This document shows, one piece after another, positions 32,891 to 43,539 of a stretch of 64,000 nucleotides of DNA (positions within the stretch are counted from its first letter, which is position 1; every line of letters starts with the position of its first letter). The DNA lies in NCBI GenBank assembly GCA_963703955.1, contig CAVPGK010000023.1, positions 64,001 to 128,000 of the forward strand, given 5' to 3'. The position numbers and the translations under genes are program-made. The stretch is from Nitrospirota bacterium. Lineage in GTDB: Bacteria > Nitrospirota > Nitrospiria > Nitrospirales > Nitrospiraceae. The notes under the pieces are model-generated. The model worked only from the letters and a program-made list of their open reading frames with translations, was not told where the DNA came from and made no database searches.

Positions 32891-32939
32891 CTCAGCGGGT
32901 CGTTGCCCATTGATTCGTGACTTGCTGACTCAGCTTTTC

Positions 32940-33422
32940 ATGATCATTATCGTGATGGGCGTGTCCGGCTCAGGCAAGTCCACGATCGGCGAGCGCCTGG
33001 CGAACGCCCTGCACTGGACGTTTGTCGATGCCGACACGTTTCACCCTCCATCAAACATCGACAAGATGAGTCGTGGCATCCCGCTCATCGATGCCGATCG
33101 CTTGCCGTGGCTTCTGACGCTCAGAAAATTGATTGATGGCTGGTTGGATGAAGGTCGAAACGTCGTCCTCGCTTGTTCCGCGTTGAAGTCAGCTTATCGT
33201 GAAATCCTTATGGGTAACACGACTCAGACGAGGCTGGTCTATCTCAAAGGGACGATGACCCTGTTGCAGGAACGGATGGCCCGGCGGCAACACTTCATGC
33301 CGAAAGAATTGCTCCAAAGCCAAATGGACAGTTTGGAGGAGCCGGTGGACGCCATTACGATAAACGCGGCTGAACCGCCCGACAGGATGATCGAGCAGAT
33401 CAGGGATCGCTTAGCGCTCTAA
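32940..33422 (+). CDS. gntK: Gluconokinase
   Basis: MGVSGSGKST, DADTFHP..NIDKMSRGIPL.DADRLPWL, ACSALK..YR, HFMP..LLQSQ. Confidence 0.92.
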   Translation: MIIIVMGVSGSGKSTIGERLANALHWTFVDADTFHPPSNIDKMSRGIPLIDADRLPWLLTLRKLIDGWLDEGRNVVLACSALKSAYREILMGNTTQTRLVYLKGTMTLLQERMARRQHFMPKELLQSQMDSLEEPVDAITINAAEPPDRMIEQIRDRLAL

Positions 33423-33670
33423 CACTCTGCCCGGGGCGACTCATATTTTGCACTGGGAAGACCTCGCCGACAAGCCGAGCCAGGACTTGCGCGGGACTGT
33501 TGAGCCGCTTGATTCAGCCGTGAGGTCGTAGCCTCGGGACGTTGAATCATCCCCACCTCTCTGCCCAAGTTTGACCCTGCGCTTGTCTTTTCTGTAAGAT
33601 GAGGCACAAACCTGTCGCGGGAGATCCATTGGACCCTCTCCTCCTGCCCTGACGGGCGATTGCCTTGTCT

Positions 33671-34474
33671 ATGGCCTCTTCCATTCCACCCTGGGCTTCC
33701 GTGATCATCCCGATCAAGGATGAGCGGGAGAATCTGATTCCCCTCATAGAACAATTGCTCAAGGTTTTAGAGTCGCGGGAAGAATCCCGTGCTGCTCCCT
33801 TTGAAATCCTCTTTGTCGACGACGGTAGCACGGACGGAAGCAGTGCGCTTCTCGATCAACTTGTGGAGCAATACGCGCGCGTCGAGGTGATCCACTTCGA
33901 CAAGAATTACGGCAAGACCGCCGCCTTGGACGCAGGGTTTAAGCACGCCCGAGGTGAATTGGTCATCATTATGGACGGGGATCTTCAAACGGACCCTGCC
34001 GACATTGAGACCCTCCTCCCGGATGTCGCTCAGTACGACTTGGTATGCGGCCGGCGGACGGTTCGACAAGATCACCTTATTCGGAAGATGTCGTCACGCA
34101 TCGCGAATATTGTCCGCAATGCCGTCATCAGAGACGGCATGCACGACACAGGTTGCGGGTTCATGATTTTTCGTCGAGCGGTCATCAAGAAACTACCGCT
34201 CTTCGAAGGGCTGCACCGCTTTTTCCCGGCTCTCGCCTTGATGTATGGCTTCACCGTCACCGAAGTCCCTGTCCGCCACTATCCGCGTGTGCACGGAATC
34301 TCAAAATACGGAGTGGGCAACCGTCTGTTTAAGGGCCTCTATGATTTGATAGCCGTTCGCTGGATGCAAAGTCGATGCTTGCGATATCGGATTCGTAACG
34401 ATTCACCCACTATGGACTCCAGTTCCCTCTCTTCGAACCCACCTCATCCTGACCGATCCCATGGCCTCCATTAG
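33671..34474 (+). CDS. GT2 polyprenyl-phosphate glycosyltransferase (ArnC/DPM1-like)
   Basis: VDDGSTDGS, NYGKTAAL, MDGDLQTDP, DTGCGF, LHRFFP and HYPRVHGISKYG motifs. Confidence 0.9.
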   Translation: MASSIPPWASVIIPIKDERENLIPLIEQLLKVLESREESRAAPFEILFVDDGSTDGSSALLDQLVEQYARVEVIHFDKNYGKTAALDAGFKHARGELVIIMDGDLQTDPADIETLLPDVAQYDLVCGRRTVRQDHLIRKMSSRIANIVRNAVIRDGMHDTGCGFMIFRRAVIKKLPLFEGLHRFFPALALMYGFTVTEVPVRHYPRVHGISKYGVGNRLFKGLYDLIAVRWMQSRCLRYRIRNDSPTMDSSSLSSNPPHPDRSHGLH

Positions 34475-36179
34475 AGCCAGTCATCTTCTTCTGGTCATCG
34501 CTTTGGCTTGCGTGTTCTTCGTCTGGGGACTCGGCTCGATTGGCCTCACGGATCGAGACGAGGGGAGAAACGCCGAGGCGGGACGCGAGATGTTCGAGAC
34601 CGGGGATGCGATAACCCCCACGTTTAACTACGAGCCGCGTTTCATCAAGCCGGCCATGCTGTACTGGCTGATGAGCGCCTCCTACCGCGTGTTCGGGGAG
34701 AACGAATTTGCCGCCCGCTTTCCGTCAGCCCTGTTCGGCGTCGGGCTGATCGCTCTCCTGTACCTGTTCTTGACTCATGAGCGCGGACCGATCGTCGGAC
34801 TATTCGGCGCCGTGATGCTTCTCTTGAATGTCGGAATGGTCGCTTCTGCGCGCCAGGCGTTGACCGATATGGTCCTGATCTTCTTCACGACCCTGGCCAC
34901 CTTCTCGTTCTGGTTGGGTTTCCACGAAAAAGGACCGAAGCGGCGGTGGCTATGGGTGTCGTATATCGCGATGGCCTTCGGAACGCTGACCAAAGGACCG
35001 CTCGGCATCCTGGTTCCCCTCCTTGCCATCGTCCCCTATTTGACGGTCACGAAGCAATGGAGGCGGTTTTGGCAGCACGGATTCCCTCTGCGAGGATTCA
35101 CACTCTACCTCGCCCTGGCGCTTCCCTGGTACGCGGTCATGCTCACGCTGCATGGATCGAGCTACGGCTCTGATGTTCAAACCCATACGCTCTCCCGTTT
35201 CCTCAACCCATTTTACGGGTGGGGAGGAACCGTGTTGTTCTATGTGCCGGTCCTGCTATGGGGATTCTTTCCGTGGAGCGCCTTCCTGCCGGTCGCGCTC
35301 TACGAGCAGTACAAGGTGTGGAAGGGACGGGGCGTGAGCGTCGCGAATGCCGGGCTTCACGATCGAGACCCCGCGGGCCAACATCGGAATCTGGACCTCT
35401 TCGCGGGGCTCTGGTTCCTGACAGTCTTTATCTTCTTCAGCCTTGGCGCCACCCGCCTTCCACACTATATCGGTCCCCTGTATCCTGCCGCTGCCATCGT
35501 GGCAGCCTCCTACTGGGCACGCGCAAGTCAGGATCCCGCGCCTTTCGGGTTGCGGCTCGCGCTCTGGATCATGCTCACACTGGGGGTTCTGCTCGCGCTG
35601 GTATTTGGCGCCCTCCCGTCCGTCTTCGATGCCTTTGCGGAGAAATTGGCCAAGACCTTCCCCTACGCGACACACTTTCACTTTGATGCGGGACCCTATG
35701 CTGTCTCTATTCTATTGCTGGCCGGCATGGCCCTGGTGGGCTACCTAGGGTTTTCCCCGTCCCGGCGCGCCGGTGTATTTTGGGCGGCAGGGACCACGAT
35801 TGCCTTGGTCATCCTGATCATGTTGCATCTCACGCTTCCTCAACTCAGCCGGTATTTCCTCGCGCCCCCGCAGGAGCTGGCCCTCACGGCGGGGCTCTCT
35901 CTACAGCCCGCGGATCGATTGATTTTCTACGGTCCGAATCGGCCGTCGGCGGTGTTCTACGCGAAGCGAAAAGTCATTGTGGTTCGACTGAACGAGGAGG
36001 GGAATATCGGCCCTCACGTGAAGGAACCCGGCCGCACGATGATCGTGCTCCCAGCTTCGTTGCGCGACAAGTTGCCTGAGGAAGCCTCAACCCTACCGGT
36101 TATCCAGGAACGGTTCGGGTGGATTCTACTGGCAGAAAGAAATAGAGGCGGAGAGTCTTTGTCCGACCACGCCAAATGA
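34461..36179 (+). CDS. ArnT/PMT (GT39/GT83) family membrane glycosyltransferase
   Basis: DEGRNAEAGREM, KPAMLYWL, EFAARFPSA, TKGPLG and TRLPHYI motifs; many TMs; overlaps the upstream GT2. Confidence 0.9.
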   Translation: MASIRASHLLLVIALACVFFVWGLGSIGLTDRDEGRNAEAGREMFETGDAITPTFNYEPRFIKPAMLYWLMSASYRVFGENEFAARFPSALFGVGLIALLYLFLTHERGPIVGLFGAVMLLLNVGMVASARQALTDMVLIFFTTLATFSFWLGFHEKGPKRRWLWVSYIAMAFGTLTKGPLGILVPLLAIVPYLTVTKQWRRFWQHGFPLRGFTLYLALALPWYAVMLTLHGSSYGSDVQTHTLSRFLNPFYGWGGTVLFYVPVLLWGFFPWSAFLPVALYEQYKVWKGRGVSVANAGLHDRDPAGQHRNLDLFAGLWFLTVFIFFSLGATRLPHYIGPLYPAAAIVAASYWARASQDPAPFGLRLALWIMLTLGVLLALVFGALPSVFDAFAEKLAKTFPYATHFHFDAGPYAVSILLLAGMALVGYLGFSPSRRAGVFWAAGTTIALVILIMLHLTLPQLSRYFLAPPQELALTAGLSLQPADRLIFYGPNRPSAVFYAKRKVIVVRLNEEGNIGPHVKEPGRTMIVLPASLRDKLPEEASTLPVIQERFGWILLAERNRGGESLSDHAK

Positions 36180-36270
36180 TGCAAGCAGCGCCTTGCGACA
36201 TCACGGCAACAGGCGGAATGACACGGCGACGCAGAATCCAAGAGGATGGTTGACTGTCATTCAGAGCAAG

Positions 36271-37345
36271 TCAGATAGCAAAATACCGTCGGACCAGTTC
36301 AGGCTGCAGAATCGTCAAAAGTTCCCCGGCAAGCTTGAGAGTGTAATAGCAGCACGCAATTGCGGCCGCCCCGACGAGGCCCATGCGTCCGAGTCCCACG
36401 TCACGATAATGCCTGCGAATCCGTGAAAATGAACTGCCGAGAGACTCTCGGTACCTCCAGTAGATCCAATAACAAGAAGCAAACTGGGGACCGCCGTCCT
36501 TGCTGTGCCTCTTACCCTCGATCACTGCATCGTGCCCCGCAATCAGTGCTCTGCAGATGAAGTGCCTCAATCCGTTTGGCGGAGGATGGGACACACGTGC
36601 GCTTCGCTGCCGAAAAATGGGTATGCCCCGCTCCTTGAGTTGACCCGCCAACGCGACACATTGCCCACGATATTGTGGTAGGCACGGGAAGGGATTCGAT
36701 TCGAATACCTCACGCCGAAAGGCGATGTTGTTCGCAAAGAACTGGTCTGTCTGGCAGAGCCCATCGCCTTCTTCCCGGAGCGGAAAGAACCAAAACAGCG
36801 CAACGGCCTTGCTGTAGAGGCCTTCCAGGGAAATATAGGTGCCGCCGCAGACGACCTGCACCGCAGGATTGCGAAATGCCCGGAGTAAACCGGCCAACCA
36901 CCCCTCTTCCGGGATAACATCGCTATCGAGAAATACAATCACATCGCCGTAAAGTCTGCCGTGCGCCAAAATTCTTTAGATCGTAGTAGCTCAACCCATC
37001 GGACGCGATGATCTTCAGTTCATCCAGCAGGTCTTGAGACTTGAATGCTTCATGAGTGATCTGTTCTATGAGCTGACGATCGACCGCGAAGCGGTCATAC
37101 ACGACGATGAGCTCTGGTCGAAACAGAGCACGCGCCCCCAGTTGGGCAACCTGCTGCTCCAGTTGCTGCAACATCTTTCTCGCTCGCCCCGCTTCGGAGA
37201 GGCGCGCGTTGTCCCATTCGATCACAAACGAAACTTTGGGAATCGTTGAAACTTCAGTGACTGCTGGTGATCGGAACTGTTCCTTTGTGTCGTGGGGGAA
37301 GGACACTTCGGCGAGAACGGGATGTTCTGCCATGGCTGCTTCCAT
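36271..37345 (-). CDS. Glycosyltransferase family 2/A; frameshift near 36955
   Basis: VSFVIEW...YYDLKNFGA joined to GDVIVFLDSDVIPEEGWL...FFANNIAFRREVF. Confidence 0.75.
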
Positions 37346-37354
37346 CGCCGAGAC

Positions 37355-37633
37355 TTAACGATGAACCAGTGCTCGGCCGACCAGAAGCCATTGTCCATTG
37401 AGGCGGGTCCGATCCAGGACCTCAATTGCTCTCCTGGCTTCCTCCGTAGATGCCATCACAACATACCCTGCCAACGGCAACCGTGCGGACACACTCGTCA
37501 GAATCCTCGCCGATACCACTTGGCCATAGGCGGCAAACAGGTCATGGAGCTGCTGATCATCGAAACCCCGTGGTAGGCCATCAACAAAGAGTTTGGTGCC
37601 CGTGACCGCGTCGCTGGTTGATCGTATCTCCAT
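37355..37633 (-). CDS. RRM RNA-binding protein
   Basis: KLFVDGLP (RNP2), LHDLFAAYGQVVSARI, AGYVVM (RNP1-like), EEARRAIEVLD...GQWLLV. Confidence 0.8.
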   Translation of the reverse strand: MEIRSTSDAVTGTKLFVDGLPRGFDDQQLHDLFAAYGQVVSARILTSVSARLPLAGYVVMASTEEARRAIEVLDRTRLNGQWLLVGRALVHR

Positions 37634-38283
37634 TACCGAATGAAATTCCGAGGCTTTTGCAGCATCACTTGGGCTTCTCGCGCATAGCCGCAGGTGCCGC
37701 AGCGCCAGACCTGCGACCACAGCTCCTTTCCATCGGCCAGATCGAGAATCCGATCCATCACCTGCATAGGAACTTGACACTGTTACAAGGCATCGGCCAC
37801 CATCATAGGTCGAGCGGCTGACACCAAGCATGAGCCGGGGACCGAACAGGAACAAGTATTCCAAAGTAGCTAGACTTTGGTCTCTGGTTTCTGGAGGTAT
37901 ATTGATCGGGAACTAATTTGAAGGCGGCACTACGGTTGGGCCCCTGTCGGCACCACATACTAAATCCATGGATCTTAAATCCATGAATCTCCGCAACAGA
38001 GCAGAAGATTCGTCGCAACACCTCTTTTTGGGGTTCTACAAAATCAGCCGCTTGCACCGCCTGGGATTATCTCTGATTGCTATTACGATCTCGCAGATGT
38101 TTGAAGATCACATGAGATCGCGCTCAGAACAAATCTAAGATCAAGGATCAGGTTGTGGCGAAACAGAAGGCGCGTGCGGAAACCATGAAGTTTGCCCCGA
38201 GAGACCAACCCCCGACTCAATAGAAATTTACGATCCACGCTGAATTCGAGACAGAAATACAGGGTGGTTCGTTCTGTTCTCTG

Positions 38284-39621
38284 CTAGTCCTTACGACCTG
38301 CGATCCAGGCGCCATGGGGCATTTTGAAGCCTTGCTTGGAGTTGGCAATCTCAGAAACCGCGAGCGTTCCTGTATCGATCTTGAGAACATAGCCGGAGGT
38401 GTAGCTTTCGACAACCACACTTCTTTCATCCACCGAGGTCGACAGACTGTGGGCCACACTGAAATCCGCGGGAAGCTCGTGGCCTGGGCGCAGCCGTCTG
38501 ATGAACTTCGGGCGGTCGCGATTGGAGAAGTCGAACACGGACACAAAGCCATCATCGGCATATGACGCATCAAGCGAATCCTCTTCCGCGATAAACAATT
38601 TGTTGCTAGCGACAGCGATCCAGGAGGCCGACCGCAGGACGCCGGGATCGTCTACATCATTAGCAGTCCCAATGATTTTGTTGGCTTTCATTGTCCGGGT
38701 ATCGACGAGCCAGATACTCGGACCAATGATTGAAGCTTGTGCGGGAGTCAGTGACGTAGGACCAAACTGCATAGTACCGGCGATGGCGAACTGCTCGTCC
38801 AGCCAGAAGGCATTATTGATAAACGCGGCGTAACGATCGGCCGTTCCAAGGTGGATCTCGCCTAAGAGTTCCAGCGCCCCCGTTTGACGATCTGGGCGAA
38901 ACACGCTGAGGTTGCTGTTGTCATAAAAATAGCCCGCACCTAAACCCACCGTGCCACTCCCGTTAAAATACACCCCGTGCAAGTGATTTGACGCGTTACC
39001 AAACCGCTGCGACCCAAGGAGCGTATCAGCCTCAACGTCTATCGCGACAATGCGGTCGTCGGTCCACATCGTAAAGTAGGCAAAGCGTGAGTGCGGCAGA
39101 AGAGTTGGACCATGAAGCTGGGCAAAAACGGGGCGACTCCAATCCTCGTCCACCTTCTTGTTGACATACTGATCGGGCGAGGTTTGAGTGACCGGAGGGA
39201 AGGTGCTGCGGCTACCCGCCTGATCGGTTTCCAGGTTCTTAACGACCTGAACATCCGCAGTTCCCGCCGCCCAATTAATGGAATTGATGTTGATCACGGC
39301 GATGCCGACTGGTTCGGTTGCAGACGCCATGTAAGTGACGAGAACCTTCTTCCCATTAGGAAGAAGCAGGGTGTGTTGTGGCGCGGGGCCCGGCCAGCCC
39401 GGAAGCGCCTTGAGGTCAACCTTGGCTTTGGCGCCGGTCAGCAGGTCGCTGAACACCAACGCGTACGTGTGCATGTCCACGAAACTCAGGAGTGAAGGGC
39501 CCGGCTCTTCGTGCCGCGTCTTTAGATTCCTTTCAGCCTCGAGATCGGGACGCGCACTGCAACCTACGAGTGCGATGATAAAGCACGACACAATAGATAA
39601 GGTGATCACATTTCGCTTCAT
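38284..39621 (-). CDS. Beta-propeller lipoprotein (YVTN/YncE-like), His-rich
   Basis: AAGGAG RBS, lipobox LVGC; repeated blades with QH/LHG/LHG/AHS/PHG followed by hydrophobic strands and IVAID/LVD/VFD/LKID. Confidence 0.7.
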   Translation of the reverse strand: MKRNVITLSIVSCFIIALVGCSARPDLEAERNLKTRHEEPGPSLLSFVDMHTYALVFSDLLTGAKAKVDLKALPGWPGPAPQHTLLLPNGKKVLVTYMASATEPVGIAVININSINWAAGTADVQVVKNLETDQAGSRSTFPPVTQTSPDQYVNKKVDEDWSRPVFAQLHGPTLLPHSRFAYFTMWTDDRIVAIDVEADTLLGSQRFGNASNHLHGVYFNGSGTVGLGAGYFYDNSNLSVFRPDRQTGALELLGEIHLGTADRYAAFINNAFWLDEQFAIAGTMQFGPTSLTPAQASIIGPSIWLVDTRTMKANKIIGTANDVDDPGVLRSASWIAVASNKLFIAEEDSLDASYADDGFVSVFDFSNRDRPKFIRRLRPGHELPADFSVAHSLSTSVDERSVVVESYTSGYVLKIDTGTLAVSEIANSKQGFKMPHGAWIAGRKD

Positions 39622-40581
39622 GGGTTGACTCCTTGCTCTTCCGTTGGAGTTGGCAGAGTGTGCTTCGTCGGAGCGGCTAGCGACGCCTTCGTTCTACCTA
39701 CTGACGGCGCGTCATGCCGACCTTTGGCAAATTCCGGGCGCTCTCTACGGGAAAGGAAGAAGATTGTGTCGCGCATAGCCGACACAAAAATTCTTTTGAA
39801 CTGAACCGCTCCGCCGACCGCTTGGAATTTTAATACAACATTGGCCCGCTTGAGGAGAAGATTTGCGCTGGCCGTGGAGCGTCTGCTACGGGAGCGATGA
39901 TCGGGAAGGGAACATGGGGCGATCAGTAAGTCCCAGGGCCATACGAGGGGTATGAGGCGGATGCCCTAGGATGGGTGCTGAGCTGCCAATTCTCGGCAAC
40001 CGTGGCAGCCATACTTATCACAAATGCCATTCAGCAACGTGAGAAAACAAGATTGCTATCGTTGGACGCAAAGGATTCTTCCGCTCGCGAGGCTACCGAG
40101 CATTGAGCTCATAAATGCGTCCGAAAAGCCTCATTCCTACAAGAACTCTGACCGTTACGTACTCCACCATCGACTTCTTTGAAGGATGGGTAATACTTTG
40201 GGCCAGTTTCTCCTGCCCTCAATGTCCATTATTTTGGTCACCAACTACGGTGAACTCTTTGGCCAGCGGACGGTTTATGTACCGTAGAAGCTCTGACGCA
40301 ATGGGTGGATAAACTATAGAGTAACCAATACCGAGCAGATACCAGTCTCAACTTGTAGCAGGCAGGGGCTTTTGGGTTGGAGCCCGGCCTATCCCAGCTT
40401 CACCTCCTCTATCTTGACCGCTAGTTGTCGTTAGCAGTATGCCTTCCTCCTTTTGGTCAATACCGGCCGACGTACAAACTACCTTATCGTGCTAGTGAGT
40501 CAAGAAGCGAGACCAGCGAATTAGGGTCGATACGGTAGGTATCGTACCTTAAGACATTTATTCTATAATGTAACACCGGCC

Positions 40582-41210
40582 ATGATGACGTCTAAGCAAG
40601 ACCCCATGCACGCCGTGGCCATCGTGACGTGCTTCGTTGTTGCCACCTCTAGCCTCTCCGCCTTCGCGGTCCCGCCTCGGAGTCCATCAAACAGACGCAT
40701 GCAGCTGTCTTGCAGGTTCTGCACGACCAAGACCTCCAAGACCCCGCACGAGCCGGAGAACGGCAGCAGCAGCTTAGCCTCATCATGGCCCAACGCTTCG
40801 GCTGTCGCGAAATGGCCCAACATCTCTTGGGTCCACAATGGAATGCCTTGGACGAAAACCAACGGGCAGAATTTGTTCGCTTATTTCGCCTGCTGCTTCT
40901 GAAGAATTATGCCAATCAGATTGATCGATACGCCGATCAACGGATCGATTATCTAGACGAACAAGCACATAACGGAAGGGTTCTTGTCCGGACGAGACTC
41001 ATCGCGCCGCAGCGTGAACTCTTATTGGAGTTTTGGCTCTTCGAGAGGCTCGGTGACTGGCTAGTTTATGATGTCGTGGTCGATGGGATCAGTCTGATCC
41101 AGAACTATCGTGGCCAAATCACGTATGTGTTGCGGATGTCCTCCTATGACAAGCTGGTTGAGAAAATGCAGCAGAAGGTCTGCCCTCACGGGTGCCGTGA
41201 CGGCAAATGA
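40582..41210 (+). CDS. MlaC/Ttg2D family periplasmic phospholipid-binding protein; frameshift near 40680
   Basis: EMAQHLLGPQW..L...QRAEFVRLF..LL..NYA and WLVYDVVVDGISLIQNYRGQ; signal peptide in the upstream frame. Confidence 0.8.
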
Positions 41211-41550
41211 AAAGATTTCTGAAGGCTTTGACGGCCATCCCGATTCGATCAGTAACTTCTGTGCCGGTATGGCAATCCTTTCTTTCTCTCCGGGCAGCAT
41301 CAATACTCCAATAATCTTAGATAATTACCGAGCCAAGATCATCCGGCAACTCCGTTACCGGAACTTATCACATGCTCAGGGTGAAGCATCTCGATCCCTA
41401 ATTCCGGTACCCTGCCCGGTGTCCAGCGATGCGGCAAAAGGCTGTGTGTTGGTCTCTCACGACATGCGGCTCAGTCGGCGGCCATGGCTAATGAAACTCG
41501 CCTCTGAAGCCGCTAGCTAAATGAGCAGAAGTCTTGCGGAAGAAGTGAGT

Positions 41551-41637
<87 letters not shown>

Positions 41638-41731
41638 GGGCGCATTATAGAAGTGGCTCAAAACCCTTGTCAATGAACCGTCCCTCCAGTACAATCCATC
41701 TCTCAGTGCGTGCCGCTGCTTCCGTAGCGCG

Positions 41732-42460
41732 ATGGATAACCCACCCGGCCTGCCGCTGAGGATTGATGGTTCCCCCCGGACACACAGTCACGTGACACCT
41801 AACTCCAACACCCTCGCCGGCGCTTTTTTTGATGTCGATAATACGCTCGTGCCGGGGTCGGCGATCGAAGTCGGTTTCTTCCGGTATCTGCTGAAACGCG
41901 GTTTCGTGGGAGCCGGCGAGGCGGTTCGCAGCCTGTGGTTTTTGCTCCAACATATCCCGCCCCTCTCGTTGCATGCCCTCCGCGAGCGAAAATTGTATCT
42001 CGCGGGGAAACAACCGGCCACCATCGAGCCGTTAGCGCACGACTTCATTCAATTGGAAATCTGCCCACGCCTGTCGCCGGACGGACGCGCGGCGATTGAG
42101 TCACACCGGCGTGCGGGACACGAACTGGTCCTGTTGACAGGCTCGCTGGATTTCCTCATCGCCCCGTTGGCTTCCGTGCTCGAGGTGAAGACGGTGCTGG
42201 CCGCGCGGCCGGAGCGGACTCCTGAAGGATATACCGGCCACCTCTTGCCTCCCTTCCCGTACGGCGAAGGGAAACGCCGGTTGGTCGAGTCCTTTGTAAC
42301 GCAGCACAATATGGATTTGAAACATTGCTACGCCTATGGCGACAGCCCGGGGGATGTGGAGGTCCTCCAGTCGGTCGGGTATCCTATGGTGGTGAACCCA
42401 ATCCGAGGAATGAGTCGGATTGCCAGGCGGCATGGGTGGCCGGTCGCAAAGTGGACGTGA
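41732..42460 (+). CDS. HAD-IB family hydrolase (SerB-like)
   Basis: FFDVDNTL, LLTGS, GEGK, AYGDSPGD and VVNP motifs. Confidence 0.9.
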   Translation: MDNPPGLPLRIDGSPRTHSHVTPNSNTLAGAFFDVDNTLVPGSAIEVGFFRYLLKRGFVGAGEAVRSLWFLLQHIPPLSLHALRERKLYLAGKQPATIEPLAHDFIQLEICPRLSPDGRAAIESHRRAGHELVLLTGSLDFLIAPLASVLEVKTVLAARPERTPEGYTGHLLPPFPYGEGKRRLVESFVTQHNMDLKHCYAYGDSPGDVEVLQSVGYPMVVNPIRGMSRIARRHGWPVAKWT

Positions 42461-42483
42461 GAGACTGATGAAAAGGGGAGGAC

Positions 42484-42575
42484 GGGATGGAAGGGCTGGC
42501 CTCCGTGCTCGCGCAACGCGCACGATCAGAATGTGCTCGTTGGACGCGCGCAATCGAGGCCTGCCCTGCCATCCC
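42484..42575 (+). repeat. Palindromic repeat family C (copy 1)
   Basis: GGGATGGAAGGGC...GCCCTGCCATCCC ends; core TCAGAATGTGCTCG...GCAAT shared with 61036-61123. Confidence 0.65.
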
Positions 42576-42603
42576 TTTCATGACAAACGCGGCCTCGTTG
42601 CGA

Positions 42604-42668
42604 CGGGAAGGGGCGCGTCCCACGGGAACAGAGCCTGTTCTGGCAGGCTCGGGGTGGGCGGGTGAGAT
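42604..42668 (-). repeat. Hairpin repeat family D (copy 1)
   Basis: Reverse complement closely matches 45126-45190 (ATCTCACC..CCCACCCCGAGCC...GGCTCT.TTCCCGTGGGACGCGCCCC.TCCCG). Confidence 0.75.
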
Positions 42669-42758
42669 TGACCATTTCGATCAGCCTCTACCTATCAACT
42701 CCGATCGAAAGATGCTGCTGAATGCTGAACGCTGACGCCTGATAGCTTTTTGCTAACC

Positions 42759-43394
42759 ATGAGAGTGACCGAAATCTTCCACAGCATTCAGGGTGAGTCG
42801 AGCTATGCCGGGCTCCCCTGCGTGTTCGTCCGACTCACAGGGTGCCCGCTGCGCTGTTCATGGTGCGATAGCGAGTATACCTTCCACGGCGGAACGGACA
42901 TGACGCTTGAGCAAGTGATGAGCCGAGTCAGTAGCTATGGGTGCCGGCTGGTCGAGGTGACCGGAGGCGAGCCGTTGCACCAGCAAGAGGCCTTACGGCT
43001 CATTGAGGTGCTATGCGAGGAGGGATACACCGTCCTCGTTGAGACCAGCGGTGCGATCGACATCTCACCCGTGGATCAGCGGGCTCGCGTCATTGTGGAT
43101 GTGAAGTGTCCCGGCAGCGGCATGATGGATCGGATGGACTGGGACAACCTCGGCCGCGTGACGGCCAAAGATGAGGTAAAATTTGTCATCAAAGACCGCG
43201 CGGACTACGACTGGGCCGTATTGATACTCAAACAGTATGACCTGGAGCATCGTTGCATGGTCTTATTCGGGCCCGTCTTTGGTGATCTGGATCTGCGGCA
43301 ACTGGCCGAGTGGATTCTCGCGGATAAGCTTCGGGTTCGCTTTCAGATGCAGTTGCACAAGTACATATGGGACCCCGATATGCGGGGCGTCTAA
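42759..43394 (+). CDS. queE: 7-carboxy-7-deazaguanine synthase (radical SAM)
   Basis: EIFHSIQGE, FVRLTGCPLRCSWCDS (CxxxCxxC), VTGGEPL, ETSG, QLHKYIW. Confidence 0.92.
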   Translation: MRVTEIFHSIQGESSYAGLPCVFVRLTGCPLRCSWCDSEYTFHGGTDMTLEQVMSRVSSYGCRLVEVTGGEPLHQQEALRLIEVLCEEGYTVLVETSGAIDISPVDQRARVIVDVKCPGSGMMDRMDWDNLGRVTAKDEVKFVIKDRADYDWAVLILKQYDLEHRCMVLFGPVFGDLDLRQLAEWILADKLRVRFQMQLHKYIWDPDMRGV

Positions 43395-43521
43395 CGGGAT
43401 GCTGAAAAAGGCCCCCAACTTCGTTCTCAGCTCGAAAAAATCCTCAACGTACCCCAGAGGGTACGCCTGCGGTTTTTTCTTTGCCTGCGGCCTCGTTGGA
43501 TGACCTTTTTGAGCATCCCAC
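43395..43521 (+). mobile_element. Palindromic MITE-like element, family A, intergenic copy
   Basis: TIRs GGGATGCTGAAAAAGG...CCTTTTTGAGCATCCC beginning directly after the queE stop codon. Confidence 0.8.
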
Positions 43522-43539
43522 TGGGAGGATAATATCGGC

